Below are positions 29,918 to 42,876 of a DNA stretch of 64,000 nucleotides, piece after piece. The stretch is from Dehalococcoidia bacterium. GTDB taxonomy: Bacteria > Chloroflexota > Dehalococcoidia > UBA2979. The notes below the pieces were generated by a model. It was given only the letters and a program-made list of their open reading frames with translations, ran no database searches and was not told the DNA's origin. Made by a program: the position numbers and the translations under genes. Numbering within the stretch: position 1 is the first letter of the stretch; each line of letters opens with the position of its first letter. The stretch lies in assembly GCA_964291495.2 (NCBI GenBank), contig OZ219867.1:32001-96000 (forward strand). Direction: 5' to 3'.

Positions 29918-30652
29918 CTAGGTCGCGTCGGCCGGCGTGAACTCGCTGCGGCCCCGGTACATGCCGAGCCCGATGACGAACAGGCAGACCGACCCGATCA
30001 TCAACACAAGGTTGTTGATCAGCAGGTGCAGCACGAGGTCCGTTTCGGGGACGAACAGCGCGTAGATGAAGTTCAGGAACCCCAGCACTCCGACCAGGAC
30101 GAGGCCGTAGCAGGCTGCCTTGAACACGTCCATCCCATCGAACCGCGGCGCGAGACCGAGCCCGGTGAGCGCCGACGCGAACGGGTAGATGACGATGAAG
30201 CCGAGGATCAACCCGGCCACCTCGGTATGACCGGTAAGCGCCGCGCTATCGAAGAACTCCTGGAGGCTGGCGGTCTCCTCGAGGTCGGCGCGCTGCGTGA
30301 GGTGGATCACCATGTGCCGCTTCGCCAACGAGAGGGTGAAGAGGCCCCACCCGAACAGGCTGAGGATGATCCCGAACCGCAGCCCGGGCCCCTGGAAGCC
30401 CGCGCCGCCGCGCGTCAGGCCGAACAGCCCGAGCAGCCCGTAGCCGTGGAGCAGCATCCCCAGGATCACCATGAGCGTCGTGAGGTGGCCGAGGCCGGGG
30501 TTCGCGGCAAGAACCGCGATCGCGCCCTCGAAGTCCGTCTGGTCGACGTTCTCGACGATCGGCCCGCCGGGGAAGATGATCGATCCGACCATCGAGAGTA
30601 CGACGCCCACGATGAGCGCGAGACCAGCGTGCCGGGTTGATGCTGTTGCCAT
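29918..30652 (-). CDS. Hypothetical membrane protein (about 6 TM)
   Basis: Hydrophobic helices; paralogous to 31612..32343. Confidence 0.8.
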   Translation of the reverse strand: MATASTRHAGLALIVGVVLSMVGSIIFPGGPIVENVDQTDFEGAIAVLAANPGLGHLTTLMVILGMLLHGYGLLGLFGLTRGGAGFQGPGLRFGIILSLFGWGLFTLSLAKRHMVIHLTQRADLEETASLQEFFDSAALTGHTEVAGLILGFIVIYPFASALTGLGLAPRFDGMDVFKAACYGLVLVGVLGFLNFIYALFVPETDLVLHLLINNLVLMIGSVCLFVIGLGMYRGRSEFTPADAT

Positions 30653-30808
30653 CGGAAACACTCCTCTGCGCAGGGAACCAGCGAGCCGGCTGAGCCGAGC
30701 CCGGTCGGGCGCATGCTAGGCCCTACTGAGAAGGGGTGTCGTCCCACGTGTCTGTCAGGTCTCGGAGGAGCCGAGCGCATGCGTAGTTGCCTGGGCTGTC
30801 GCTCTCGA

Positions 30809-31252
30809 CTACTCGGTCTCGGCGTAGGTAAGCAGCCACTCCCCATCGAAGCGCTCATAGATGAACTTCATGCTCAGCGAGCCCCCGCTGAAACCCACTT
30901 TGTGCTTGAGCTCCCACTTGCCAGGTTCGACTTGCCGGGGTGGGGATGTCTCCTCCGCCGTGAACGTGATGCCGCGGCTCTCGAAGGGCGCCATGTTGCG
31001 GCGGAGCTCTTCCTCTTCCTCCAGCCAGTAGCTCTCCTCGTAAAACGCCCTGAGTCCCTGAAGGTCGTACCTGTTGTAGACGACCCAGAGCTCCATCGTC
31101 CGTTCGCTGAGATAGGCGGCAATCTCTGCGTCGTCGGACGTGAGTGCTGCCGTTGGTGCGGGCGCTTCGGATTCCTCGCCGCCGCACGCCGCCGAGGCGG
31201 CGAGGGCAAGCGTCACCAGGATCCAGACCATCGGGCGCCGGATGGAACTCAC
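30809..31252 (-). CDS. Small lipoprotein (possibly NTF2-like fold)
   Basis: Lipobox ASAAC-GG; WVVYNRYDLQGLRAFY and YERFDGEWLL patterns. Confidence 0.7.
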   Translation of the reverse strand: MSSIRRPMVWILVTLALAASAACGGEESEAPAPTAALTSDDAEIAAYLSERTMELWVVYNRYDLQGLRAFYEESYWLEEEEELRRNMAPFESRGITFTAEETSPPRQVEPGKWELKHKVGFSGGSLSMKFIYERFDGEWLLTYAETE

Positions 31253-31611
31253 GTGGGAGACTCGTCCTCCCTGCTCGATCGGCCGCCTCTTCGCGACGAT
31301 CCGTCGAGTGGGAGTGTGTCACCGGCGAACCCCGGCAATCCATATCGTGCGCGTGTAAGTCGACCCTAATCGGCGTATGGAGTTCTGTAGGTTCGCGACC
31401 CGCGCTTCGTGCGCGCGGCCGGCGGCCGAGAGGGCCAGGCGGTGCTGTGGGCGCGGCCGAACTCAGCCAGCCGGGCGGCGTGCCTCAGCGCGGCACACGA
31501 AACCGCGCCGGGGTGGATGACCGACGCGAAGGCGATCACTACGCCCGGCGGGCGCCACGGGACGTCGGCGAGGGGCCGCGATTACCCGAGGCTTCGCTAG
31601 TCCAGCGCTCG

Positions 31612-32343
31612 CTACCCGTCCGGGACAAGCTCAGGCTCGCCCCGCAGTACGCCGATGCCGATGACGAGAAGTGCGACCGCCGCGACGGTCAGCACAACGT
31701 TGCTCGCGACCACGAAGGCCACGGGCGCCGCCTCGGCCTGTTGGCCGATGGCCGCGTTGAGGAGTCCCGCCACGCCCGCGAAGCAGAACACCCAGCAGGC
31801 GACGGCGTAGCGGTTCAGCGAACTGAAGCGCCTGGCGAGTCCGAGCCCGAGGACGACTCCGCTCACCGACGACACGATGACGAAGGCGTAGTGGAGGCCC
31901 CCACTGCTGGCTTGCAGCATGACGAGATAGTCGTTGATCTGCTCCGGGCTGGCGGCAACGCCGTCGACCTCGATGTCGGCCTGGTGCTGGGCGATCGCGA
32001 CGAGCATGTGGCGCATACCCATCGTCAGGATGTAGATGCCGTAGTGGAACAGGTTGAGCAGGACGCCGAAGCGCAGCAGGGCGTCGCCGGAGTCGCTGAG
32101 GCGCCAGAACGAGAGGATGCCGTAGGAGATCGCCAGACACGCGATGATCACGGCAAAGAACACCAGGTGGGAGAGGTTGTCGTTCTTGACCATGGCGTCG
32201 ATCGTGGACTGGAAGTCCATCGAACTTGTCGCGTCGACGAACCAGCCTCCCGGGTACAGGATGAGCGCGATCAACAGGAGCGCGACTCCTCCGACGATCG
32301 CGACACCGGGCGCCTTGGTACTGGAGAGCGTCGATTCCATCAT
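31612..32343 (-). CDS. Hypothetical membrane protein (about 6 TM)
   Basis: Shares PGG..VD..DF, LRFG, RHM, GLGLA.RF with 29918..30652. Confidence 0.8.
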   Translation of the reverse strand: MMESTLSSTKAPGVAIVGGVALLLIALILYPGGWFVDATSSMDFQSTIDAMVKNDNLSHLVFFAVIIACLAISYGILSFWRLSDSGDALLRFGVLLNLFHYGIYILTMGMRHMLVAIAQHQADIEVDGVAASPEQINDYLVMLQASSGGLHYAFVIVSSVSGVVLGLGLARRFSSLNRYAVACWVFCFAGVAGLLNAAIGQQAEAAPVAFVVASNVVLTVAAVALLVIGIGVLRGEPELVPDG

Positions 32344-32531
32344 GTTCACCCATATCCCTTCCGTGCGGCGGGCTGTCCGCATGGCCCGACAGTAGCCCCC
32401 CGCTCGGGCCGTTTCAACTGCCGAGACCCAATCTCAAGGGTTGATTCGGAACTTCGTGAAAGGGAATCCGGGTGGCCGGGGACGAGGCAACGCTCAGAGC
32501 GAGAGCGCTGCGGTTCTTGATTTGTCCAGCT

Positions 32532-32608
32532 TGGTGGGCGGTACTGGACTTGAACCAGTGACCTCTCGCGTGTGAAGCGAGCGCTCGTACCAACTGAGCT
32601 AACCGCCC
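32532..32608 (-). tRNA. tRNA-Val(CAC)
   Basis: GGGCGGTTAGCTCAG...CTCGC-TTCACAC-GCGAG...GGTTCAAGTCC...GCCCACCA. Confidence 0.96.
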
Positions 32609-32771
32609 GGCGTGCCGATCAGCCTACCCACGGCGCTGCCGCGCAGCAACCGCCGCAACGGGCGCCTCGCGAGGCTCGGCGGTTGCCCGGCGGCGTTCGA
32701 CCATGCTACAACCCGCGAGGCTCGCGACAGAGTCGCGCAAGTCGTGCCGACGGATGCCGGAGGGGGCGCAT

Positions 32772-33275
32772 ATGGCGGAGTACCACGGGCTCGAAGTCTT
32801 CATTCCCGAGAACGACCGACCCCACATCGAGTACTTCGAGCAGGCGGCGTCCGGCACCCTGCACCTGCAGTACTGCACCGAGTGCGAGCTGATGCGCTAC
32901 CCGCCCAGCCCGATGTGCTCGGAGTGCGGCGTGACGGCCTACGAGTGGAGGCCCGTCTCGGGCAAGGGCACCATCCACTCCTACTACTTCGTCCCGCACG
33001 CCGTGAACCCGGCGTTCCGTGACTGGACCCCGTACCCCGTCATCCTCGTCGAGATCGACGAGCAGCGCGGACAGCCCACGCCGGACCGCTCCGTTCGCAT
33101 CATCGGCAACTGCATCGACGCCGACGAGAACCCGGAGCAGGAGGCCAACGTCGCCATCGGCAAGCGCGTCGAGGTGACGATGATCGACATGGGCGACGGC
33201 ATGGCCCTGCCGCAGTTCCGCCTGTCCGACGAGGACCCGGAGCACGACCCCTGGCAGTTCCCCGAGGACGCCTAG
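32772..33275 (+). CDS. Zn-ribbon + OB-fold protein (DUF35/ChsH2-like)
   Basis: LQYCTEC...PMCSEC, SGKGTIHSY, IGKRVEV. Confidence 0.88.
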   Translation: MAEYHGLEVFIPENDRPHIEYFEQAASGTLHLQYCTECELMRYPPSPMCSECGVTAYEWRPVSGKGTIHSYYFVPHAVNPAFRDWTPYPVILVEIDEQRGQPTPDRSVRIIGNCIDADENPEQEANVAIGKRVEVTMIDMGDGMALPQFRLSDEDPEHDPWQFPEDA

Positions 33276-33308
33276 CGCCTCGAGGGCTCACCGGTCCGAG
33301 CCAACGAC

Positions 33309-33336
33309 AAGGCCCGAGCGTTTCTGCTCGGGCCTT
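33309..33336 (+). terminator. Hairpin / terminator candidate
   Basis: AAGGCCCGAGC-GTTTCT-GCTCGGGCCTT. Confidence 0.55.
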
Positions 33337-33477
33337 CGTACGCTCGGGCGTAGCGAGTCGATGCGGCGTCTCGGCGCCCCGACGGCGCGCGGCTGACGGC
33401 CGCAGTCGTTACGATAGCCGACGGTCCGCTGCGCAGCGGCCGCCCCTGGGCAGGGCAGCGAGGGAAGGGTGTGGCAG

Positions 33478-36162
<2,685 letters not shown>

Positions 36163-36173
36163 GGGTCGGCGTT

Positions 36174-37436
36174 GTGGGAGCAACAGAACAAGGCCTCATT
36201 CGCCTTGGCAAGGTCGAATCGCGCCTATCTGGCAGCCCCTTCGGTCCCATGACTTACTGGGTGGAGATTCACCATCTGGGGCTGAGGAAGAGTCGCGTTG
36301 TGCGCCGCCGGGGTCGCGAAGCCTTCAACGCCGCGGTCGACGATCAGATAGATCGCTGGCGCGCGGAGTACGCGAGGCTTGCCCGTCGCGAGTCCGGGCG
36401 CGACGCGGCGGAAGACGCAACGCGCGGTGCTGAGATTGCGCTACGTGAGTGCGCGGAGATCCTGAAGAGCGCTCTTATGCCCGGCCGTGGATCATCGGGC
36501 GCAGCAAGAGAGAAGATCTCGTTCCGCATAGGCCAGTCGCTCTACCATGATTTGATACAGACAGAGGGCATCAGATACAACCCAACGACCGGGGAGCCGA
36601 CGTCCTATTGGCCCGCCGGTCCGCCTAGAGGTCGCGCTCCCAAGTACAGGCTACCGCCGGTTACAACGCGCGAGCGCCTATTCCCATTCTTGAGGAAACG
36701 AAAGGAAGCCGCTGCTCGTGCCGCGTTCGAGCGCGAATCCCAAGAGTGGGAGACAGCGCTCAAGTCGGCCGAACGTACTGACTCAACTCGACAGCGAACG
36801 CTTGAGAAGGCGAAGCGCGAGTGGCAGGCGAGGGAGGATGCTCGACTCCGCTATGCACGGTGGCGCTCTGGAGATGGTCAGCCCATTGAGGACCACAGCG
36901 AGCGGGTCTTGAACGCCTCGGAGTATCCCGACTGGATAGAGGATGCCCTTGACTTCGACCTCAGGTTCGATGTCGATGCGCGCACGCTCATTGTCGAGTT
37001 CGAGCTGCCGCCCCAGGAGTCGATGCCGACCCTGGCAAGCGTCACCTACATCCAGAGCAGAGACGAGCTGCGAGAGAAGCTCATCGGCGTTCGGGAGCAG
37101 GACAGGTTGTACGGGGACGTCCTCTACCAAATGGCGTTGCGGACCGTATACGAGCTCTACACCGCGGACGAGATTGAGGCGTTTGAAGCAGTCGTCTTCA
37201 ATGGCTGGATCGAGGCCGTCGACTCGGCAACTGGGCATCTCGTCAAGAGGCACATCCTGTCGCTGCGGGCTCGCCGCAATGAGTTCCTCGGGCTGAACCT
37301 GGCGGACGTAGAGCCGGAAGCGTGCTTCCGATCCCTCGGGGGAGTGGCAGGCTCGAGGTTGGCAAAGCTCGAGCCTATCGAGCCGATCGAGCGCCTGCAC
37401 CAAAGCCTGACCACTCGGGACGGCGCGAACGAGTAG
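36174..37436 (+). CDS. Mrr-associated restriction-system protein N-terminal region, lacking the C-terminal Mrr nuclease domain
   Basis: LNASEYP, VEFELP, LYGDVLYQMALRTVYELY, VVFNGW..DSATG, LNLADVEPEACFRSLGG; ends shortly afterwards; lower GC3 than neighbours. Confidence 0.65.
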   Translation: MGATEQGLIRLGKVESRLSGSPFGPMTYWVEIHHLGLRKSRVVRRRGREAFNAAVDDQIDRWRAEYARLARRESGRDAAEDATRGAEIALRECAEILKSALMPGRGSSGAAREKISFRIGQSLYHDLIQTEGIRYNPTTGEPTSYWPAGPPRGRAPKYRLPPVTTRERLFPFLRKRKEAAARAAFERESQEWETALKSAERTDSTRQRTLEKAKREWQAREDARLRYARWRSGDGQPIEDHSERVLNASEYPDWIEDALDFDLRFDVDARTLIVEFELPPQESMPTLASVTYIQSRDELREKLIGVREQDRLYGDVLYQMALRTVYELYTADEIEAFEAVVFNGWIEAVDSATGHLVKRHILSLRARRNEFLGLNLADVEPEACFRSLGGVAGSRLAKLEPIEPIERLHQSLTTRDGANE

Positions 37437-37445
37437 GGGGTGGGC

Positions 37446-38582
37446 CTACTCGCCTGCCTCGTCGTCCGCGCCCAGCTCCGTCACCATGAAGTCACGCACC
37501 AGCGGGAAGACCGGGCGCCGCCACTCGCCGCGCAGGTCCTCCCACACGGCGCGGACCATGAAGGCGAAGACGTAGCCCTCGCTGGAGCCGTCCTCCGGGC
37601 GGAGGTACCCCGCAGAGACGCGGTAGGCGACCGGCGCCTCCGAGGTCCAGAAGCCCGCCTTCTGCCCGAACACGTAGCCCTCGATGCCGAAGTCGGGCGG
37701 GAACGGCCAGGCGAACGCGCCCAGGATCGGCCGCGTGGCGAGGTCCATCAGGTAGGCCGTCAGCTCCTCGTTGAGCTGCTCGCCGCGCACGAGCGAGATC
37801 CAGACCAGCGCGAGGTCCGAGGGAGTGAAGTGCGCATAGCGCCAGCTGTGCTCGATTCTCGAGTCCCCGGAGACGCCCGCCCGCTCGATCACCGCCGCGA
37901 TTTGCTCGGACGTCACCTTGGCGTTGATCCGGTCGGCGTGCGCGTCGAGGGAGAGCGAGAGCACGACCTCGATGTCCCCCTGCAGTTCGCCCTCGAACTC
38001 GAGCAGGCCGTCCTGCACGGCACGCAACGCGGCGATCACGACCATGATCTTGCCGGCCGATGCCGGGTACTGGCTGTGCTCGGGGTTGACGAGGAAGGTG
38101 GCCTCGCAGTCGAGGTCGACCAGGGCGACGCCCCAGCCTCCTGTGTACCCCTCCATCTCCTCCTCGAGCGCCTCGCCGAGGATCGCCGCCCGTTCCTCCA
38201 GCCCCTCGCAGCGCGCGGGACGGGGATCCGGCGTTGGCGTCGGCGGAGGAGTCGCGGTGGGCGTCGGGCTCGCGGTCGGTGTTGGACTGGGCGTCGCCGC
38301 GACTTGCGGTGTCGACGAGGGCGTCGGGCTGGGCGGGGGCGTGGCCGCCGGGGTCGTCGAGGGCGTCGGGCTGGGCGAAGGAGTCGCGGTCGGCGTCGGC
38401 GTGGTGCTCGGGGTGGCTGTCGCCGTGGGCGCGGGGCCGGGCGAGGGTGTCGCGCTCGGCGTCGGCGAGGCCGTGGGCGCCGCCCGGGTTGGCGCTTCGG
38501 CCACCGGGTCGGAGCAGCCGGCTGCGAGACCAGCGACGAGCATGGCGGCGATCAGAAGCGAGCCGGGGAGCAGCCGCATCAA
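37446..38582 (-). CDS. Class A beta-lactamase-like serine hydrolase lipoprotein with Pro/Thr linker
   Basis: Lipobox LAAGC; YPASAGK (SxxK), SLD at the SDN position, QKAG. Confidence 0.8.
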   Translation of the reverse strand: MMRLLPGSLLIAAMLVAGLAAGCSDPVAEAPTRAAPTASPTPSATPSPGPAPTATATPSTTPTPTATPSPSPTPSTTPAATPPPSPTPSSTPQVAATPSPTPTASPTPTATPPPTPTPDPRPARCEGLEERAAILGEALEEEMEGYTGGWGVALVDLDCEATFLVNPEHSQYPASAGKIMVVIAALRAVQDGLLEFEGELQGDIEVVLSLSLDAHADRINAKVTSEQIAAVIERAGVSGDSRIEHSWRYAHFTPSDLALVWISLVRGEQLNEELTAYLMDLATRPILGAFAWPFPPDFGIEGYVFGQKAGFWTSEAPVAYRVSAGYLRPEDGSSEGYVFAFMVRAVWEDLRGEWRRPVFPLVRDFMVTELGADDEAGE

Positions 38583-38681
38583 CGCCCCTCGTGCACAGCG
38601 CGCGATGATCCAGTGTGTAGAGGACGAACGCCGGAACGGGAAAGTTCCCGCCTGCGGCAGCCGCCCGCCGGCTGCCGAGCC

Positions 38682-39971
38682 TCAGGAGGAGCGGCTGGCC
38701 GCCATCCGTTCCGCCTCGGCGAGCCACTGCTCGCGCGCCGCCGGCGGGCGGACCAGCAGGAACATCACCGAACCGAGCGTGGCGACCAGCGCGAGCACGA
38801 TGAAGCCGAGGCGGTAGCTGCCGGTCTCGTCGTACATCACGCCGGCGAACACCGGCCCGATGATCATGCCGAGCATGATCACCAGCGACGAGAAGCCCAT
38901 GATCGTGCCGAACCGCCTCGGCCCGAAGTAGTCGGCGCGGAGCCCCATCATCAGCGGTCCGCGCGATCCCCAGGCGATCCCGTTGATCACCACCGCGACG
39001 TAGATCATTGGCAGCCCGTCGGCCAGCGCGAGCAGCAGCATCGCCGCCGAGTGGCCGAGCAGGGCGAGGATGACGAATGGGCGCTTCGGCACGCGGTCGC
39101 CGAACACGGTTGCGAGCAACTGACCGATGATCTGGCCGAACGTCTGGATCGTGACCGCCAGGGCCGCGAGCCCGAGGGTGTAGCCCAGATCCTCGTGGAT
39201 GTAGATCACGAGGTGCACCATCAGCGAGCCAATGACCAGCAGCGCCGAGGCCTGCCCGAGCGCGAGGAACCAGAACGCGGAGGTGGTCAGCGCCTCGCGC
39301 GCCGTCATCGACCACTCGATCTGCTCCGATTCGCCGGCTACCTGGGATGCCGAGTCGACGCCGTCGGGCAGCATGCCGTAGGGCTCCGGGCGGTGCCGCA
39401 CCACGGCGGCGAGCGGTAGCCCGACGACGAGCGCGACGATGCCCGAGGCGAAGGCAGCGTCGCGCCAGCCGATGCTCTCGATTAGCAGCGCCATCGGCGT
39501 GGCGGTGAGGCCGCCGACGGCGAAGCCCATCGTGAGCACGCCGGTCGCCAGCACCCGCCGCCTGCGGAACCAGTTGACGATTGCGACGAGTACCGAGAGG
39601 AAGCTCCCGAGGGAGGAGCCGATCGCGATCAGCGTGAAGGAAATGTAGAAGAGCGGCAGCGACTCCACCCGGCTGAGCAGGATGAACCCGAGCGAGAACA
39701 GCAGCAGGCCGATGATCATCACCTTGCGCGGCCCGTAGGTGTCGATCACCCAGCCCTGGATCGGCCCGAGCACGCCGCTCTCGATGCGCTGCGCGGCGAA
39801 GGCGAACGAGAAGGTCGTGCGGCTCCAGCCGAAGTCGGCCTGCATCAGCGCCACGTACGTCCCGAACGAGTGGAACATCAGCACGCCGAACATGAACTGC
39901 GAGAGGAACCCGGCGGCGGCTATGTACCAGCCGTAGAAGATCTTCGGCCGACGGGCGCTCCAGGCCGTCAC
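38682..39971 (-). CDS. MFS transporter (OFA/MCT-like)
   Basis: FYGWYI, GWVIDTYGPR, ADYFGPRRFG. Confidence 0.9.
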   Translation of the reverse strand: MTAWSARRPKIFYGWYIAAAGFLSQFMFGVLMFHSFGTYVALMQADFGWSRTTFSFAFAAQRIESGVLGPIQGWVIDTYGPRKVMIIGLLLFSLGFILLSRVESLPLFYISFTLIAIGSSLGSFLSVLVAIVNWFRRRRVLATGVLTMGFAVGGLTATPMALLIESIGWRDAAFASGIVALVVGLPLAAVVRHRPEPYGMLPDGVDSASQVAGESEQIEWSMTAREALTTSAFWFLALGQASALLVIGSLMVHLVIYIHEDLGYTLGLAALAVTIQTFGQIIGQLLATVFGDRVPKRPFVILALLGHSAAMLLLALADGLPMIYVAVVINGIAWGSRGPLMMGLRADYFGPRRFGTIMGFSSLVIMLGMIIGPVFAGVMYDETGSYRLGFIVLALVATLGSVMFLLVRPPAAREQWLAEAERMAASRSS

Positions 39972-39995
39972 ACTGCGCCCCTCACACTGCAACGC

Positions 39996-42572
39996 TCAAG
40001 TTGTGGCGAACTCCCTGCAGCGGATCGCGCGCTCGAGGTCGTCGTTGGCCTCGCGCAGCGAGCGGGCGAGCAGCGGCAACCCGTCCCCGATCTCCTCAAG
40101 CAGCTCGCGCGAGCGGTCGAGCACGGCCTGCTCGATGCGGAAGTGGGGGAAGAGATTCGCGAACCAGGCGCGCGTGAACTCGTTCTGGCGCTCCGCGAAG
40201 ACCTCGGGCGCGCGCTCGAAAAACTCCCAGGCCCACGGGTCGAGCAGCTCGCGCTGCACGTTCCAGTGGAAGCCGCTCATCGCCGCGGCGGTGAGGTGCA
40301 GCGAGCCATAGCCCTCGCCGTGGATCCGCTCCCAGGCCTCCGCCTTCGCCTCCGCCGTGGGCGTCGCCACGGACGCGCGGATCGCTGCCCGCTCGCCGCG
40401 GTCCGAGGGGTCGCGCTCCCGCTCCGCCTCGACGCGCGCCTCGGCGCCCGCGACTCCGTGCGCGATGGCGCGGGCCGCGATGTCCCAGCGCATCTCCTGG
40501 TCGATCGTGAGCCCGGGCGCGCTCAGCTCGCCGTCGGCGAGGCGGATCACGCGCTCGATGTCCTCGGGCGTGATCGAGACGCCGATCAGCGTGCGCGCCC
40601 AGATGATCCGCAGGTCGTTGCTCGCCGCGTCGGCAGGGAGTGCCTGCAACGCCTCCCAGCAGACCTCGGCGAAACGGCGCGCCTGCTCATCGCGCTGGTC
40701 CGCCGGCACGTAGCGCGCGATCGCGGCGACCGCCGTCTGGAGGGCGCTCTCGATCAGCTCCGTGTCGGCCTCGTTCGCCAGCTTCGAGGCGACGAGGGGG
40801 AGGTAGTCGGTCGAGCGCAGCTGCTGGTCGCGCACCATGTTCCACAGCGCCTGCCCGATCAGCTGTCGCAGCAGCGGGTCGCCGACCCGCTCGAGGTGCT
40901 CGCTCACGTAGTCGAGCGAGCGGTCGTCGAGCGCGACCTTCACGAAGGCGTGATCGTTGTGGTTCGGCATCACGAGCTGCGGCGCGGCGCGGCCCGCGGC
41001 CGCCTCGACGACCGTCGAGACGCCCTCGACGGAGACCGGTAGCGTCTCGATCGCCGGTTCGCCGCCACCGTCATCGCCCTCGCCCACGAGGGCGAGATCG
41101 AGCTGGTGCGGGCGCAGGGTCGGGTAGTCCTCGGGCGCGGTCTGGCCGATCGAGAGACTGGCGAGGCGGCCGTCCTCGACCTCCCAGCTGGCGGCGAGCG
41201 TGTTCAGCGAGGCCGTCTCCAGCCAGAGGGCCGCCCAGCCGTGCAGGTCGCGCCCGGCGCCCTCGCCGATCGCGTCGAGGAACTCGGCGAGGGTGGTGTT
41301 GCCGAAGGCGTGGCGGCGGAAGTAGATGCGCATACCCTCGCGGAAGCCGTCCATGCCGACGGCCGCCACGAGCTGCTTGAGGACGGCGGCGCCCTTGCCG
41401 TAGGTGATGCCGTCGAAGTTGAGGAAGGTCTCGTCGGTGTCGCGCACCTGCCCGGCGATCGGGTGGGTGGTGACGAGCTGGTCCTGGCGGTAGGCCCAGG
41501 CCTTCATCCCGGAGTTGAACGCCTGCCAGGCCGTCTGGAAGCGCGTCGCCTCGACCAGCGCGAGGTAGGCCATGTAGGTGGCGAAGCTCTCGTTCAGCCA
41601 GAGGTCGTTCCACCAGCGCATGGTCACGAGGTTGCCGAACCACATGTGCGCCATCTCGTGCAGCAGCACCTCGGCCCGGCCGAGCCGCTGGTTGTCGGTC
41701 GGCGGGTCGCGGAAGACCATGCGCTCCGAGTGCGTGACCGCCCCGATGTTCTCCATCGCGCCGAAGTTGAACTCGGGCACGAAGATCTGGTCGTACTTGC
41801 CGAACGGGTAGGCGTAGTCGAAGAACTCGCCGAAGAAGTCCAGGCCCTGCTTCGTCACCTCGAACAGCTCGTCCGCGTCGAGGTGCCGGACGAGCGAGCG
41901 GCGGCAGTAGAAGCCGAGCGGGACGCCTCGATGCTCGTCGCGGACGACGTGGTAAGGGCCGGCGATCAGGGCGAACAGGTAGGTACTAAAGCGCTCCGCG
42001 GGCGCGTAGCGCCGCCGTAGCCGCCCGTCCTCGAGCGCCTCGCGCTCCAGCTCCGGGCCGTTCGCGATCAGCTCCCACTCCGCGGGCGCGTCGACCGTCA
42101 GGTCGTAGCTCGCCTTCAGGTCCGGCTGGTCGAAGCAGGGAAAGAGGCGGTGGGCGTTGTAGGGCTCGAAGTTGCTGTAGAGGTACTCGTCGCCGTCCTC
42201 GGGATCGACGAACTGATGGAAGCCGTCGCCGGTGTGGTCGTACTCGTGCTCGTAGCGCACGCGCACGACGTTCTGTTCGCGCAGCGCCGAGGCGGGCAGA
42301 GGGATGCGGTACTCGCCGCTCGGCGGCTCGAGCTCCTCGCCGTTGACCTCGAGGCGCTCGATGCCGCCGCCGCGGTGGTCGAGGAAGACGCCGTCGTCGC
42401 CGCCTGAGGCGACATAAGCGAAGTGAACCGTCACGTCGCCTCGGTACGTGGACGCGCCCGCCGTGAGATCGAGGTGGATCTCGTAGCTGATGTCGGAGAC
42501 GAGTCGCGCGCGGGCGATGGCCTCGTCCTGGCTGAGGACGTCGCGCGCGATCGGGGAGTCGTCGGGAGTCAT
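39996..42572 (-). CDS. pepN: Aminopeptidase N (M1 family)
   Basis: GAMEN, HEMAHMWFG...WLNESFA, ERAP1-like C-terminus. Confidence 0.95.
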   Translation of the reverse strand: MTPDDSPIARDVLSQDEAIARARLVSDISYEIHLDLTAGASTYRGDVTVHFAYVASGGDDGVFLDHRGGGIERLEVNGEELEPPSGEYRIPLPASALREQNVVRVRYEHEYDHTGDGFHQFVDPEDGDEYLYSNFEPYNAHRLFPCFDQPDLKASYDLTVDAPAEWELIANGPELEREALEDGRLRRRYAPAERFSTYLFALIAGPYHVVRDEHRGVPLGFYCRRSLVRHLDADELFEVTKQGLDFFGEFFDYAYPFGKYDQIFVPEFNFGAMENIGAVTHSERMVFRDPPTDNQRLGRAEVLLHEMAHMWFGNLVTMRWWNDLWLNESFATYMAYLALVEATRFQTAWQAFNSGMKAWAYRQDQLVTTHPIAGQVRDTDETFLNFDGITYGKGAAVLKQLVAAVGMDGFREGMRIYFRRHAFGNTTLAEFLDAIGEGAGRDLHGWAALWLETASLNTLAASWEVEDGRLASLSIGQTAPEDYPTLRPHQLDLALVGEGDDGGGEPAIETLPVSVEGVSTVVEAAAGRAAPQLVMPNHNDHAFVKVALDDRSLDYVSEHLERVGDPLLRQLIGQALWNMVRDQQLRSTDYLPLVASKLANEADTELIESALQTAVAAIARYVPADQRDEQARRFAEVCWEALQALPADAASNDLRIIWARTLIGVSITPEDIERVIRLADGELSAPGLTIDQEMRWDIAARAIAHGVAGAEARVEAERERDPSDRGERAAIRASVATPTAEAKAEAWERIHGEGYGSLHLTAAAMSGFHWNVQRELLDPWAWEFFERAPEVFAERQNEFTRAWFANLFPHFRIEQAVLDRSRELLEEIGDGLPLLARSLREANDDLERAIRCREFATT

Positions 42573-42672
42573 CTCCGCCTTTCTGGTGAGGTGGGCCTCG
42601 CGGCCGTTCGGCCGGACAAGTATACGGCCCCGCGCTGATCGCCCCAGCGGACGGGGCTCCGCGCGAGGGCGG

Positions 42673-42876
42673 CTACATCTCCTCGCGCTTGTCGCCGGAG
42701 AGGTAGGCGGCGGGGTCCTCCTCGAACGAGAGGCGGCAGCCGCGGGCGCAGAAGTAGTAGGTCTCGCCGTCGTGGATCGTGCTGCCGCCGGGCGGGTCGC
42801 CGCGGTCTACCTCCATGCCGCAGGCGGGGTCGATCGCGGGGCCGCGGCGGCGCAGCAGGTCAAGCAGGCGGGGCAT
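42673..42876 (-). CDS. YHS-domain protein
   Basis: DPACGMEV...YYFCARGC..F..DP. Confidence 0.85.
   Translation of the reverse strand: MPRLLDLLRRRGPAIDPACGMEVDRGDPPGGSTIHDGETYYFCARGCRLSFEEDPAAYLSGDKREEM

Noticed and set aside
31360-31610. Possible small ORF or ncRNA between membrane-protein genes
   Set aside because: No recognisable motif, RBS or convincing structure.
25900-32530. attR duplicate of the tRNA-Val 3' end
   Set aside because: No copy of the tRNA 3' sequence spotted by eye and no integrase in the interval.
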